64,000 bases of DNA from a bacterium (GCA_043811915.1 JBDRMS010000001.1:14499-78498), one strand, 5' to 3'. Positions 1 through 9,589 are shown, counted from the first letter of the stretch. Notes: a model not told the origin generated them from the letters alone. Made by a program: numbers and translations.

Positions 1-242
1 ATACGAATAATGAAGCCGATTAAACGGGAGATTATGTTCCAGGTGAAGGCCAGGGTCAGTTTGCTTAGAGTGCCACCCTGGTAGGAAGCAGCGTCTTTGT
101 GCCAGTAGGCCAGTAAAGTGCGGAGCATGTACCTGACGGAGAAAAAGCGTAACAAGGCACGCTGCAGATTCCACATGGTTTGAAGAAGGAAGCGGGGGGC
201 CCACACATACTGCCAGTAGAAGTAGTCGGCAAGCATGTGCAT
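1..242 (-). CDS. Hypothetical protein, 5' fragment only (gene runs off the window start); hydrophobic N-terminus
   Basis: ATG at 242 (rc), open to position 1; MHMLADYFYWQYVWAPRFLL...; no SD seen; not in ORF track because truncated. Confidence 0.2.
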   Translation of the reverse strand, partial: MHMLADYFYWQYVWAPRFLLQTMWNLQRALLRFFSVRYMLRTLLAYWHKDAASYQGGTLSKLTLAFTWNIISRLIGFIIR

Positions 243-282
243 ATAATAGCACGTTCACCGACGGGGGCGTTTGTTTAAGTTG

Positions 283-687
283 TTATTTCAACTCAACTTT
301 GCCGCCGGCTTCTTCGAGTTTGCTTTTCATTTCTTCGGCTTCTTCTTTGGGCACGTTTTCTTTGATGGTAGTGGGTGCCTTGTCGACAAGATCCTTAGCA
401 TCTTTGAGGCCAAGATCAGTAACGACACGGACGGCTTTAATGACGGCTATCTTTTGGGGGCCGGCTTCGGTTAACTCCACTGTAAAAGAACTTTTTTCTT
501 TGGCGGCGGCAGCTTCTTCTCCCCCACCAGCGACGGCTGCGGCTACAGCAATAGGGGCTGCGGCGCTCACACCAAACTTGTCCTCCAGAACCTTTACCAG
601 CTCGGAGAGTTCAAGGACTGACATCTCTTCGATAGTTTTGATTAAATCTTTAAACTTTTTAGGAATCTCGGTTTTTTCTTTGGTCAT
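283..687 (-). CDS. rplL: 50S ribosomal protein L7/L12
   Basis: 134 aa; N-terminal dimerisation helix, Ala/Gly/Glu-rich hinge, C-terminal [19 protein letters not shown]...[20 protein letters not shown] typical of L7/L12. Confidence 0.95.
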   Translation of the reverse strand: MTKEKTEIPKKFKDLIKTIEEMSVLELSELVKVLEDKFGVSAAAPIAVAAAVAGGGEEAAAAKEKSSFTVELTEAGPQKIAVIKAVRVVTDLGLKDAKDLVDKAPTTIKENVPKEEAEEMKSKLEEAGGKVELK

Positions 688-720
688 AGTTTTGATTAGT
701 AAATTAAGTAGTAAAGTAAA

Positions 721-1248
721 TTAAGTGTTTTGTTTTTGATCTGCAACAGCTTTCAGAATCTGAACTGTTTTGCGCTGGACACCGGATAATACTGTTACAA
801 AGCCGCGAGCGGGGCCGGCCATGACACTGGCTAGCTGGCCAAGTAGTTGCTGGCGAGAAGGTAATTTAGCGAGGGCGATGACTTCTGCCAGTGATAGAAT
901 GTTGCCTTCCAGGATACCGGCTAAGAAACGAATTTTTTCTTTGTGCTCCAAGGCAAACTCATTTAGAGTCTTAGCTGGGGCTACAGCATCATCACCCCAA
1001 ACAATAGCTACCTGGCCCTCCTGCTGCATTGGATCGAAGTCCAGTTTTAAATTACTCAAGGCAATCTTCAGGAGTCGTTTGGGGATAACGCGCATGCCGC
1101 CGCCGGCTTCGTACAGATTGCTGCGCAACTTTCCTACTTCTTCTACGTTGAGGTGGTCGAAATTTAAAAAAACCACCGACGCGGCTGACGCCATGTTGTT
1201 CTGGACCTCGCTTACACTTTGTTCTTTTTGTTGACGAGTTAGAGGCAT
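721..1248 (-). CDS. rplJ: 50S ribosomal protein L10
   Basis: Internal ATG at 1248 gives MPLTRQQKEQ... (176 aa) typical L10 start; immediately upstream of rplL; longer ORF-track start is an upstream extension. Confidence 0.9.
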   Translation of the reverse strand: MPLTRQQKEQSVSEVQNNMASAASVVFLNFDHLNVEEVGKLRSNLYEAGGGMRVIPKRLLKIALSNLKLDFDPMQQEGQVAIVWGDDAVAPAKTLNEFALEHKEKIRFLAGILEGNILSLAEVIALAKLPSRQQLLGQLASVMAGPARGFVTVLSGVQRKTVQILKAVADQKQNT

Positions 1249-1435
1249 AAAAAATCCGCGATCATCCGCGGACGTGAATACAGCTTTACGGGCTGGATCC
1301 TGGCGCGGTCTTAAGGCTGTGCCGCGGGTCTTCGGATGACTAATGTCTGTATGGCATAATACTTGGTTAAGTGCAATATTGACGTTTGGCTTTTTTTGTG
1401 CTAGTTTTAGTATCACTGTTCGTTTTACCCGCTAA
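1249..1435 (-). promoter_or_regulatory. Long (~190 nt) 5' leader of rplJ; candidate L10-leader autoregulatory RNA plus divergent promoter region
   Basis: Non-coding gap between rplJ start and divergent gene; length compatible with known L10 leaders; structure not verified. Confidence 0.25.
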
Positions 1436-1465
1436 TTGTCTGTGGGGAAGGAAAAGGAGAAAGTG

Positions 1466-1816
1466 ATGTATAGGCTGTTTGTTTATAGGGTTTTAGACGA
1501 GGATGGTGATTCACTCTCGGCGGAATTATCAGATCTTAGCCGGGGAGACTACGAGTCTAGGCGTCAGCCTGAAACAGATGAGCTTGAACTGGACTGTGAA
1601 TTAGGAAAGGACAATTGGGAATACGAGAACGAGATCCCGCTTGATTACTCCCCTGATGATTGTCAGGAGAGTGGGTATTTGGAGGCACTTGAGCTGATAC
1701 GAAGAATTGACCTAGCCAGCAGTGGCAACATTCCGATGGAATGTTTATTACTGGAAGTGGTCAAGCTCGCGTACACAGCCGGCGCCAGAGCAGAGAGGGA
1801 TAGGATAGCGAAGTAG
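1466..1816 (+). CDS. Hypothetical acidic protein
   Basis: ATG at 1466 preceded by AAGGAGAAAG SD (ORF-track start 1436 is a TTG); 116 aa, Asp/Glu-rich; followed by intrinsic terminator. Confidence 0.45.
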   Translation: MYRLFVYRVLDEDGDSLSAELSDLSRGDYESRRQPETDELELDCELGKDNWEYENEIPLDYSPDDCQESGYLEALELIRRIDLASSGNIPMECLLLEVVKLAYTAGARAERDRIAK

Positions 1817-1845
1817 AAAACAACTTACTACTTTGCTATTGTACA

Positions 1846-1878
1846 ATCCGCATTAAAATCTTTAGTGCGGATTTTTTA
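1846..1878. terminator. Rho-independent terminator hairpin (AATCCGCA..loop..TGCGGAT + TTTTT), between convergent genes
   Basis: 7-bp GC-containing stem, 13-nt loop, T5 run on + strand; A-run equivalent for minus strand weak. Confidence 0.55.
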
Positions 1879-2003
1879 TACCGCGGCGACTTTTTGCTCC
1901 AGAGTCCAGTTTATCAATCTTCTTTTCCAGGATATCAAACCTGGTATCAGTTTGCTCTCGCAGTAGATCCACCGATTCCCCTACCGCTTGGACTGTAGAT
2001 AGA

Positions 2004-3026
2004 CTATTTCAGGAATCTGGCTTTATTGGCGTTGTGTTCGTCCAGAGTGCGGGAGAATATAGTCTCGCCTTGAGGGGTGGAGAGATAATAATAATAATCT
2101 GATTTTTCCGGGCGCACGGCGGCAACAATGGCGCGCAGGCCCGGGTTGCTGATAGACCCGGGAGGCAGGCCGCGATATTTGCGCGTGTTATAGGGTGAAT
2201 CTATCTGTAAATCCTCCTGGGTGAGTGGTTTGTCCCATTTGTCCAAGGCGTAGCGCACGGTGGCGTCAGCGGCCAGACCCGTATTGTCGTCAAGACGTTG
2301 CCACAAGATACCGGAAACCAGAGTCATATCTTCAGCGCTTTGAACTTCGCGCTCAATAATACTGGCCATGATAATTACATCGTCTAGAGTGCGGCCATGT
2401 TCGATTGCCTGATTGCGCAATCCGGCAGAGAACTTGTCAGAAAAATTCGTCAACATGCGCCGGATGACGTCGGCCGGCGTATCATCAGCAAAAACGCGGT
2501 AGGTGTCGGGAAAAAGATAGCCCTCCAAATCGCGGCCAGGGGAAAGTTCAATAAGAAAAGTGTGTTCGTCTGAATGCAAGGCAGGCTGGGCAGCTTGGAT
2601 GAACTCCTGCTCCGTGCCTATGCCCTTGGCGGCGGTGCGAGCGGCTACTTGTTGTAAGGTGAAGCCTTCCGGATAAGTGATGGTCAGCTCGTCGGAAGAC
2701 ACGTCGCCGGTGGTGAAGCGTTGAATGACATCGGGTACGCGCTCTCCTTGAGTTAGCTGGTAAGTGCCGGCTTTGAGCTGGCTTGCGGCTTCACGTCGCC
2801 AGGCGTGGTAACGCCAGGGTATTGTCCGGGAGGTAAATTCTTCTTCTGCCAGCTGGCTCCAGACCTGCCTGGCCGCGCTGCCTTCTTTAATTGTCAGCTC
2901 GCCGCTGTGCTGAAGGCTGGCGGTGCCCCAAATGAGCCTGAAGATAATATAAAAAATAAGTGTGGTAAGCGAAAGCGCGCTAAGGCAGAAGATGATAAAC
3001 CGTCCGGGCTTCGCGATAGTGATCAT
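2004..3026 (-). CDS. mltG: Endolytic murein transglycosylase MltG (YceG-like)
   Basis: 340 aa, N-terminal TM helix, YceG family motifs (GYLFPDTY, PGSISNPG, conserved C-terminal region). Confidence 0.8.
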   Translation of the reverse strand: MITIAKPGRFIIFCLSALSLTTLIFYIIFRLIWGTASLQHSGELTIKEGSAARQVWSQLAEEEFTSRTIPWRYHAWRREAASQLKAGTYQLTQGERVPDVIQRFTTGDVSSDELTITYPEGFTLQQVAARTAAKGIGTEQEFIQAAQPALHSDEHTFLIELSPGRDLEGYLFPDTYRVFADDTPADVIRRMLTNFSDKFSAGLRNQAIEHGRTLDDVIIMASIIEREVQSAEDMTLVSGILWQRLDDNTGLAADATVRYALDKWDKPLTQEDLQIDSPYNTRKYRGLPPGSISNPGLRAIVAAVRPEKSDYYYYLSTPQGETIFSRTLDEHNANKARFLK

Positions 3027-4090
3027 AATACATCCGACTTTTTGTCTTTCTTGAGTTGTTCGACAACTTCTTTTACCTTGTGTGACTTCCCTTTGTTGGT
3101 AATCAGAATGGCATCATCGGTGACGACAACTATAGTATTCTTCACGCCGATTAGAGACACTGCTTTGCCGGTAGTGTTGTAAATATAGTTTTGCCGGGAG
3201 TCAATGTGGATATGGTGACCGCGTGGCATGTAATCGCCTTTTTGTCCGAAGACTCGTTCTACAATTTCCCAGTTGCCAACATCGCTCCAGCCATAGTCAC
3301 CGATGATGGCAATGATACGGGATGTTTTTTCAATCAGAGTGTATTCGATAGAAATTTTTGGAAAGGCACTATAGGCAGCGATGATTTTGGTTTCATTACC
3401 GGCAGCAAGGGCCTGGGCAAATTGTTCGATGGCGGGGGCAAGGTCGGGACTTTGTGCCTTAAGCTCTGACAGCAGGTAGGAGGGCCGGGTGGAGAAGTAA
3501 CCCAGATTCCAGAAATAGTTGCCGGCGACAACAAACTTCTCGGCTGTAGCCTTATCTGGCTTCTCTTTGAAACAGTTGATGCGGTACACGTTGCTGTAGT
3601 CATCAACTTTGTCTCCTGCTTCGATATAGCCCAGGGTTGTTTCGGGTGTGACAGGAACGTGTCCGACAATAATCAGAGAATCAGGATTGGCCTTTATTAA
3701 TCCCGGTATTTTTTTTAGATCGTTGATGAAAACGTCTTCGTTTGTGAACACGTGATCAGACCACATGAAAATAGTGGGCTCACTCCCCTGCCTTAAGTGC
3801 TCCAGGCGCAAAGTAATGGAAGCAAAGGCAGCGGTGGTATCTCGCTTTTCCGGTTCGCAAAAAATATGATCGGCCAAGACTTCAGGAAGAAGCTGCTTTA
3901 TTTTCCTCTGATAATCCCGGACGGTAGCGACATAAATATTGTTCTCCGGGGTGATGGTTCTAGCGCGATTAAAAGTGTCTTCCAACAGCGTTCGCCCGGT
4001 ACCCAAATCAAGGAACTGTTTGGGTTTACTCTGACGGGATAAGGGCCACAGACGCGTGCCTCCCCCACCGGCCATAATGACTATGTTCAT
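3023..4090 (-). CDS. manC: Mannose-1-phosphate guanylyltransferase (GDP-mannose pyrophosphorylase)
   Basis: MNIVIMAGGGGTRLWPLS nucleotidyltransferase signature; start taken at ATG 4090 (ORF-track start is an upstream extension); C-terminal cupin-like region. Confidence 0.75.
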   Translation of the reverse strand: MNIVIMAGGGGTRLWPLSRQSKPKQFLDLGTGRTLLEDTFNRARTITPENNIYVATVRDYQRKIKQLLPEVLADHIFCEPEKRDTTAAFASITLRLEHLRQGSEPTIFMWSDHVFTNEDVFINDLKKIPGLIKANPDSLIIVGHVPVTPETTLGYIEAGDKVDDYSNVYRINCFKEKPDKATAEKFVVAGNYFWNLGYFSTRPSYLLSELKAQSPDLAPAIEQFAQALAAGNETKIIAAYSAFPKISIEYTLIEKTSRIIAIIGDYGWSDVGNWEIVERVFGQKGDYMPRGHHIHIDSRQNYIYNTTGKAVSLIGVKNTIVVVTDDAILITNKGKSHKVKEVVEQLKKDKKSDVL

Positions 4091-4128
4091 GAGATGAAGG
4101 ATAAAGAATCGTGCATTAGGAATCAAGA

Positions 4129-5529
4129 ATGTATAATCCTGATATGGGTATTGCGGCAAAGTGTTTGCATGGAGCGCGGGTGTGTATAATCCCGCGGCCG
4201 GAGAATAATTTTAAGCCGTACGCTTTGCATCGCCGGCCACTGGCGGTGGTGGCGGGCATTTTGCTTTTAACAAAGATACTGGCACTGGGAGCGGTTGCTT
4301 TGATGCCGTTGCCGGCGGAGCTTTCGATTATTACATCGGCGCGCATAATAGAACTAACTAATAATAAGCGAGCCGAGGCGGGGTTAAATAGATTAACAGT
4401 AAACGCGGCTCTGACGGACGCGGCGCGACAAAAGGCGCAAAACATGCTGGATGAGGATTATTTTGCTCACATATCCCCTAGCGGAGTAACACCCTGGTTT
4501 TGGATGAATAAAGTAGGTTACAGCTACCAAGTGGCGGGAGAGAATCTGGCGATTGATTTTGTGGAGGCGGAAAGGGTGGTGGCGGCCTGGATGGCCAGTC
4601 CAACACACAAAGATAATATCATGCACCCTGATTATATTGAGGCAGGGGTGGCGGCATTGACGGGTGAATTTGAGGGTGGAACTTCAACAGTAGTGGTACA
4701 TATGTTTGGTTTGCCGCAGGGGGCGCAGGCCCCGACGCAAACGCCGGTGGCGAAAAAGCCGAAGGCGGCGGAGCCAACGGTGGCTCCGGCGATTACTGAA
4801 AAGATGCCGGCAGTGCCGAAAGTAACCCCGCTGAACAACGGCAGCATAATAAAGAACGAGCTGACGCTGCAATTGGAAGGAACTCCTGAAACAACGGTGA
4901 GTGTGCTAATAAACAATCAAGTGAGAGCAAAATATGTGCTTAGCGCGGTGGGCGTAGGTAAATTGACTGTGCAACTGGCGGATATACCGGATGGTGAAAT
5001 AGTCGTGAAGGCTATGGCGGAAAATACAGAAGGGGGACAGAGCGGTTTTTCGACTGTCCAGGCGTTTACCAAAGACACTCAAGGGCCCAAAATAGACAAG
5101 GAGGCGCTGATGTTTATTGCTTCGCCAGCCACGGATACACCAATCGCGCTATTGCAGGCACCAGAAGAGAGCTTTGCCTCCTTAAGCGTGATGGTCGGTG
5201 GCGAAAAAAAGGTTTACAAGCCACAGGAAGCGGTAGTGGTGCCGCTGGATGAAGTGGTGACATTTTCCCTGTCTGACGAGGTCGGCAATACCCAGGTCAT
5301 TGATAGTTTGGTTCTGGCTCCTGCTTTTTACACGGAGCGTGACCCGGTGTACGTCACCAGCACGGCCCGTTTCTCCGGTTTATCGCGACGAGTTAACCTG
5401 GTGATAATGGCAATTATGTTGATACTGCTTGCTCTGGCAATTGTTATTCGTATTAACATTCAGCATCCCCGCATGATTGCTCATGCTTCGCTGGTGGTGT
5501 TGTTGGCTCTGATTATTCTGTTCTTATAA
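4129..5529 (+). CDS. CAP/SCP (PR-1-like, YkwD-type) domain protein, membrane anchored, with extracellular C-terminal domain and C-terminal hydrophobic tail
   Basis: N-terminal TM, CAP motifs (YFAHISPSG, GENLA, WMASPTHKDNIM), Pro/Ala/Thr linker, C-terminal TM segments. Confidence 0.6.
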   Translation: MYNPDMGIAAKCLHGARVCIIPRPENNFKPYALHRRPLAVVAGILLLTKILALGAVALMPLPAELSIITSARIIELTNNKRAEAGLNRLTVNAALTDAARQKAQNMLDEDYFAHISPSGVTPWFWMNKVGYSYQVAGENLAIDFVEAERVVAAWMASPTHKDNIMHPDYIEAGVAALTGEFEGGTSTVVVHMFGLPQGAQAPTQTPVAKKPKAAEPTVAPAITEKMPAVPKVTPLNNGSIIKNELTLQLEGTPETTVSVLINNQVRAKYVLSAVGVGKLTVQLADIPDGEIVVKAMAENTEGGQSGFSTVQAFTKDTQGPKIDKEALMFIASPATDTPIALLQAPEESFASLSVMVGGEKKVYKPQEAVVVPLDEVVTFSLSDEVGNTQVIDSLVLAPAFYTERDPVYVTSTARFSGLSRRVNLVIMAIMLILLALAIVIRINIQHPRMIAHASLVVLLALIILFL

Positions 5530-5547
5530 TGTTCGCGTAACGTAATA

Positions 5548-5577
5548 TTGAGGAATTACGGCCTTTGGTGGTACAAT
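5548..5577 (+). promoter_or_regulatory. Sigma70-like promoter (TTGAGG -18 nt- TACAAT) for the histone-fold gene
   Basis: -35 at 5548-5553, 18-nt spacer, -10 at 5572-5577, about 48 nt upstream of ATG 5626; SD GAAGGAGGTGA. Confidence 0.35.
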
Positions 5578-5625
5578 CAGCCCGATGTGGATAATTACTA
5601 TGATTTCCGAAGGAGGTGAGCGAAT

Positions 5626-5814
5626 ATGAATGGTGAAGCTGGTGAAGTGTTGATTGTGGCCAGCAAAGTTCGTGGCTATCTGAAGGGGAAGGGCGTAAAG
5701 ATGTCAGGCGACTTGGTTGGTTCACTAAACACAAAGGTAAAAGCCCTTCTGGATGAGGCAGCAGGCCGTACGCGAGCTAACAAGCGCTCTACCGTTAAGC
5801 CGCAGGACGTCTAG
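5626..5814 (+). CDS. Histone-fold DNA-binding protein (bacterial histone, HBb/Bd0055-like singlet)
   Basis: 62 aa; strong SD; ...GRTRANKRSTVKPQDV resembles the histone H4/H3 C-terminal R-K-T-V..D-V motif; recalled overall similarity to Bdellovibrio Bd0055. Confidence 0.5.
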   Translation: MNGEAGEVLIVASKVRGYLKGKGVKMSGDLVGSLNTKVKALLDEAAGRTRANKRSTVKPQDV

Positions 5815-5881
5815 GAAACGATATTGTTTAACTTAAACCCACTCTTGCTTAAAGGGTGGGTTTGTGGTATAGAAAGAGGTT

Positions 5882-6556
5882 ATGAAATTGCGTATTATAT
5901 TGTCGGCCGGTTTACTAATTTTTGGGTGTATAACTTTGATACTGGTGTATTGGCCAGCCCTAGCGGGTGCTTTTAGTGAGTTGCCGAGCTATCAGCCGAA
6001 GTTACCTGTGGCGGAAGATCGGGAGGAGCCGTTTTACGACATTGAGATTGAGAAGTCTAACATCAAGACTTTGTATCCCCCGCTCACCAGCCCGATCGAT
6101 GTTGGTGAAGGTAACTGGATCAGAGTTCCGTCGATCGGCGTTAATGTGCCATTAGTGGAAAGCCTGTCGATGGATGACGAGGACGTGGTAAAGACTTTGG
6201 AGATGGGCGCGGCGTTGTATCCGAACGGCATAATGCCAGGACGGCTCGGTAATATATTTATTTCGGCTCACAGCACAGGCGAGCCGTGGAAGGGTAAGTA
6301 CCGGTTTGCCTTCATACATATAGATAAATTGCATGAGGGAAGTCTGCTGCACATTGATTACAGTAATACTCGCTACACGTATCGGGTGGTGAGTAAAGAT
6401 TTAGTGAAGCCGAATGATGAGACGCGAGTGATTTCCGGGCGGCCGGTGCCGACGGTGACTATTATGGCCTGCTGGCCGCTATGGTCGACGAGTCAAAGAA
6501 TGCTAGTGACGGGCGAGCTGACGAATATCACGAAGCTGACAAAGCAGCCTTCTTAA
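5882..6556 (+). CDS. Sortase family transpeptidase
   Basis: N-terminal TM; conserved His (ISAHS), catalytic Cys in TVTIMACWP (TLXTC-like), Arg downstream; SD AGAAAGAGG. Confidence 0.7.
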   Translation: MKLRIILSAGLLIFGCITLILVYWPALAGAFSELPSYQPKLPVAEDREEPFYDIEIEKSNIKTLYPPLTSPIDVGEGNWIRVPSIGVNVPLVESLSMDDEDVVKTLEMGAALYPNGIMPGRLGNIFISAHSTGEPWKGKYRFAFIHIDKLHEGSLLHIDYSNTRYTYRVVSKDLVKPNDETRVISGRPVPTVTIMACWPLWSTSQRMLVTGELTNITKLTKQPS

Positions 6557-7100
6557 TATATTCGCCAAATTTGCGGAAAGCCTGGCCACGTTGGGAAAAA
6601 GTGTTCTTTTTTTTGAGCGACATGCTGGAGATGGTTTTCTTTTCTCCCTGGGGAATAAATATTCTGTCATAAGGCATGAAGTTTTTGTCTTGGTCAAAAA
6701 CTTTTTCTGTTATCTTCCCTTTCATAATGCCGGTGAATAGTTGAGGTTTTTTGCCAGGCTGACAGAAGGCGGTCACTGTTTTGAAGTGGGCGCTTCTTTT
6801 TTTTCCTGCCAATAGTTTAAATATTCCTTCATAACCAAGTGAGTTAAAAATAAATTTGGATAGGGCGCCCGGGAAGTTTTGATAAGCGGCGAAAAAGAGA
6901 CCGGTGTCTTCTAGGATAATGGGCTTGTTTAATTTGTTGGCCAGCTTTTCAGCGGCGTCCATTGCTATTTCCTCAAGACTGTCATCGTGGTTTTCTTCAT
7001 ATTCCATGTCTAGATGTTCTAATTCAATAGGATAATCGACCAGAATGGCTTTAACTTCCTGAAACTTGTGTTTGTTGGTGGTAATAAAAGTGATTTTCAT
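6528..7100 (-). CDS. rdgB: Non-canonical purine NTP pyrophosphatase (RdgB/HAM1 ITPase)
   Basis: MKITFITTNKHKFQEVKAIL start, FIPQGEKKT, SHRG-like C-terminal motifs of Ham1 family; start at ATG 7100. Confidence 0.8.
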   Translation of the reverse strand: MKITFITTNKHKFQEVKAILVDYPIELEHLDMEYEENHDDSLEEIAMDAAEKLANKLNKPIILEDTGLFFAAYQNFPGALSKFIFNSLGYEGIFKLLAGKKRSAHFKTVTAFCQPGKKPQLFTGIMKGKITEKVFDQDKNFMPYDRIFIPQGEKKTISSMSLKKKNTFSQRGQAFRKFGEYIKKAALSAS

Positions 7101-7143
7101 GATATCAATATAATAATAATGCTTTTGATGCATTATATTAAAT

Positions 7144-7719
7144 ATGCAAAATGACGATAACTTATCGGCGCTGTCTTTTACACCCCGTTATGCTTTTCTG
7201 ACCAAGGGAATGGGCCGGGATAGACACAAACTAGCGTCTTTCGAGCAGGCGCTAAGAGGTGCCGGAGTAGAAAAACAGAATTTAGTGACGGTGTCGAGCA
7301 TATTCCCGCCGGGGTGTAAAATAGTATCCCGGGAAAAAGGCCTAAAGATGCTAAGCCCGGGGCAAATTACCTTTTGCGTGATGGCGCGGCAGGCTACTAA
7401 TGAGCCGTCGCGCTTGATTGTATCTTCAATCGGGCTGGCTATACCCAATGACCGGAGTCAGTATGGTTATTTAAGCGAACATCACGCTTTTGGCGAGACG
7501 GACGAGCGGGCCGGCGATCTGGCGGAGGACCTGGCGGCTAGTATGTTGGCTTCAACTCTTAATATTGAGTTCGATACGGAGAAAGCCTGGGACGAGAAGG
7601 AAGAGGTATTTAAACTGTCTAATAAGATTATTCGCACAACCAACATCACGCAGTCCGCTCAAGGACACAAAGATGGCTTGTGGACGTCGGTGTCGGCCCT
7701 GTGCGTACTGGTGCCATAA
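7144..7719 (+). CDS. pdaD: Pyruvoyl-dependent arginine decarboxylase (PdaD type)
   Basis: [14 protein letters not shown] matches the self-cleavage region ISSIMPPEAEIV of archaeal PdaD; overall colinear similarity to M. jannaschii PdaD from memory. Confidence 0.7.
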   Translation: MQNDDNLSALSFTPRYAFLTKGMGRDRHKLASFEQALRGAGVEKQNLVTVSSIFPPGCKIVSREKGLKMLSPGQITFCVMARQATNEPSRLIVSSIGLAIPNDRSQYGYLSEHHAFGETDERAGDLAEDLAASMLASTLNIEFDTEKAWDEKEEVFKLSNKIIRTTNITQSAQGHKDGLWTSVSALCVLVP

Positions 7720-7720
7720 A

Positions 7721-9478
7721 ATGAAAGTTTTTAGGTTGTCGGGCGCCAACATTCTTGTATTCTTTTTCATCGTGGCGGTAGCGCTGGCTTTTAGCTGGCC
7801 TGTTTTGATGCGTTTGCCAAACACCGGTATATGGGACTGGTCGGAAGCGATGGCCCACTACGAGGCGGCTCGACTGACGATTTTCCAGTATGGACAATTT
7901 CCATTGTGGAACCCCTACATGTGCGGCGGCGGGCCGGCGCTGGCAAATCCGCAGACTTACTGGTTATCTTTGACTGGGGCACTGGCAATATTTATTGATC
8001 CTGTTATCGGCTCTAAGCTAGCTATCCCCATCTATCTTATTATTGGCGGAATTGGCATGTACTTTTGGGTACGTCAAGTAGGAGCCAGCCGCCTGGGCGC
8101 TTGTATGTCGATTCCTATATTCCTTACCAGTGGGTTTATGGCCACACATTTGTCGGCCGGTCAGTTTCTATGGCTTACACTAGCCTGGGTACCCTGGATT
8201 TTCTGGGGATATTGTAAGTCACGCAAGATGTGGTGGTGGCTGGTTTTAGCCGCTGCTTTCCTGACTATGATCGGTCTTGAAGGTCGCTCGTATTTGGTGC
8301 TATATGTGGCGATTGCTCTCATTAGCTACGCTATTATTAAAGATATTGTTACCAGAGGGAAAAGCCGGGCAATGCTCCGGGCCTTACTCCTGCTGGGAAT
8401 CGCTTTTGGCCTGGGGGCGTGGAAATTTGTGCCTGATCTTTTTTTTCTTTCTCAATCTTTAGACAAGTTGAGCAATACACAGATTATTCCAGTTAGGCTG
8501 TTTTTTGACATGTTCCTTTTGCGCGATGTTACACCGAATGCATTGTATTTCAGTAATTATCTATTGGAAAATGTGCCATGGTTTGAGTTCGGTTATTATG
8601 TTGGCATAGTGCCGTTGGTATTGGCTGTGATTGCTTTCATTACCCACTCGACCAGGAAGAAGATAGCGGCTTGGCTTAGTATACTGGTGACATTTGTTTA
8701 CGTGGTGTTGAGTGATCCGGCCCATAGCCTGATGGAGCATCTGCCGATAATAGATGAGTTGCGCAATCAACAACGGGCGGCCATTATGATTGTCTTTATT
8801 GTTGCCTTGTTTTCCGCCTTCGGGGTAGACGCATTCAAACAACTGTGGCCGCGGCGTTTAGTTAGGATACTGCCAATCCTGCAAGCGGCACTAGTGATAT
8901 ATGTTTTGGTGGATCTTTTAACCGTTACCTCCGGCGCGTTGGCGCAAGGTTTTGGTCAAGTGATTGAGGGAGACGGCGTGCCGCCGCCCGTGCTGTCCCT
9001 GATTACGCAAGGGACAGGCGCGGATGACCCCTGGTCCATGGTGAAGCAAAATAGAGGGGCGGCTGATTTCTGTCCCGCGATTCTTAGCGTTTGGTATAAC
9101 GAGAGAGAGGTGAGACCGGTCGGGGATGAAAAGTATCAAGGCGAAGTTTATCTGCAAGGTCCAGGGCAACTGAAGGATTTTCTGATCACACCGAACGAAA
9201 TTATAGCTGACGTGGCAGCACCGGCGGGTACTTTACTGGTTGTGAACCAAAACAGCAACCCGGGCTGGCATAGCAACGTGGGTAAAATTGTACGAGACGG
9301 CAGCTCCCTGCTGGCAGTTGATTTGCCGCCAGGCGAGCAGGAAGTTGTGCTGAACTATCTTCCGCCCGGTATAGGATATGGCTTGTTATTGACTATTTTA
9401 ACAATAGCGTCTGTAGGTATAATGTTACTATTTCGTCGTCGACGTTTTCTTCGAGGTGTGTATATAGACTTTGTTTAA
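7721..9478 (+). CDS. Polytopic integral membrane protein (about 11+ TM) with C-terminal extracytoplasmic domain; possible GT-C-like glycosyltransferase
   Basis: ATG at 7721 (ORF-track start 7490 overlaps pdaD); very hydrophobic N-terminal two-thirds, soluble C-terminal region then final TM. Confidence 0.5.
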   Translation: MKVFRLSGANILVFFFIVAVALAFSWPVLMRLPNTGIWDWSEAMAHYEAARLTIFQYGQFPLWNPYMCGGGPALANPQTYWLSLTGALAIFIDPVIGSKLAIPIYLIIGGIGMYFWVRQVGASRLGACMSIPIFLTSGFMATHLSAGQFLWLTLAWVPWIFWGYCKSRKMWWWLVLAAAFLTMIGLEGRSYLVLYVAIALISYAIIKDIVTRGKSRAMLRALLLLGIAFGLGAWKFVPDLFFLSQSLDKLSNTQIIPVRLFFDMFLLRDVTPNALYFSNYLLENVPWFEFGYYVGIVPLVLAVIAFITHSTRKKIAAWLSILVTFVYVVLSDPAHSLMEHLPIIDELRNQQRAAIMIVFIVALFSAFGVDAFKQLWPRRLVRILPILQAALVIYVLVDLLTVTSGALAQGFGQVIEGDGVPPPVLSLITQGTGADDPWSMVKQNRGAADFCPAILSVWYNEREVRPVGDEKYQGEVYLQGPGQLKDFLITPNEIIADVAAPAGTLLVVNQNSNPGWHSNVGKIVRDGSSLLAVDLPPGEQEVVLNYLPPGIGYGLLLTILTIASVGIMLLFRRRRFLRGVYIDFV

Positions 9479-9516
9479 TCCTTTCTAAATCCGCGGCTAA
9501 CAGGACCGGCTTAGAG

Positions 9517-9589
9517 CAGGGGTATCAGGACTCGAACCTGAAACGGCGGTTTTGGAGACCGCAATGATGGCCAATTTCACCATACCCCC
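9517..9589 (-). tRNA. tRNA-Trp (anticodon CCA)
   Basis: Manual cloverleaf: acceptor GGGGGTA/TACCCCT, anticodon loop CTCCAAA, T-loop TTCGAGT; no encoded CCA. Confidence 0.85.

Noticed and set aside
271-724. ORFs 271..474 (+) and 299..724 (+) with low-complexity F/G- or S/A-rich products
   Set aside because: They lie antisense to or overlap the clearly conserved rplL gene, have no SD, and their composition is the mirror of the Ala/Glu-rich rplL codons.
770-1234. ORF 770..1234 (+) 154 aa
   Set aside because: Entirely antisense to rplJ; no start context; product has no recognisable features.
9482-9489. A second copy of the IS hairpin arm TTTCTAAA near tRNA-Trp
   Set aside because: Only the 8-nt half-site occurs, without the complementary TTTAGAAA arm; likely chance.
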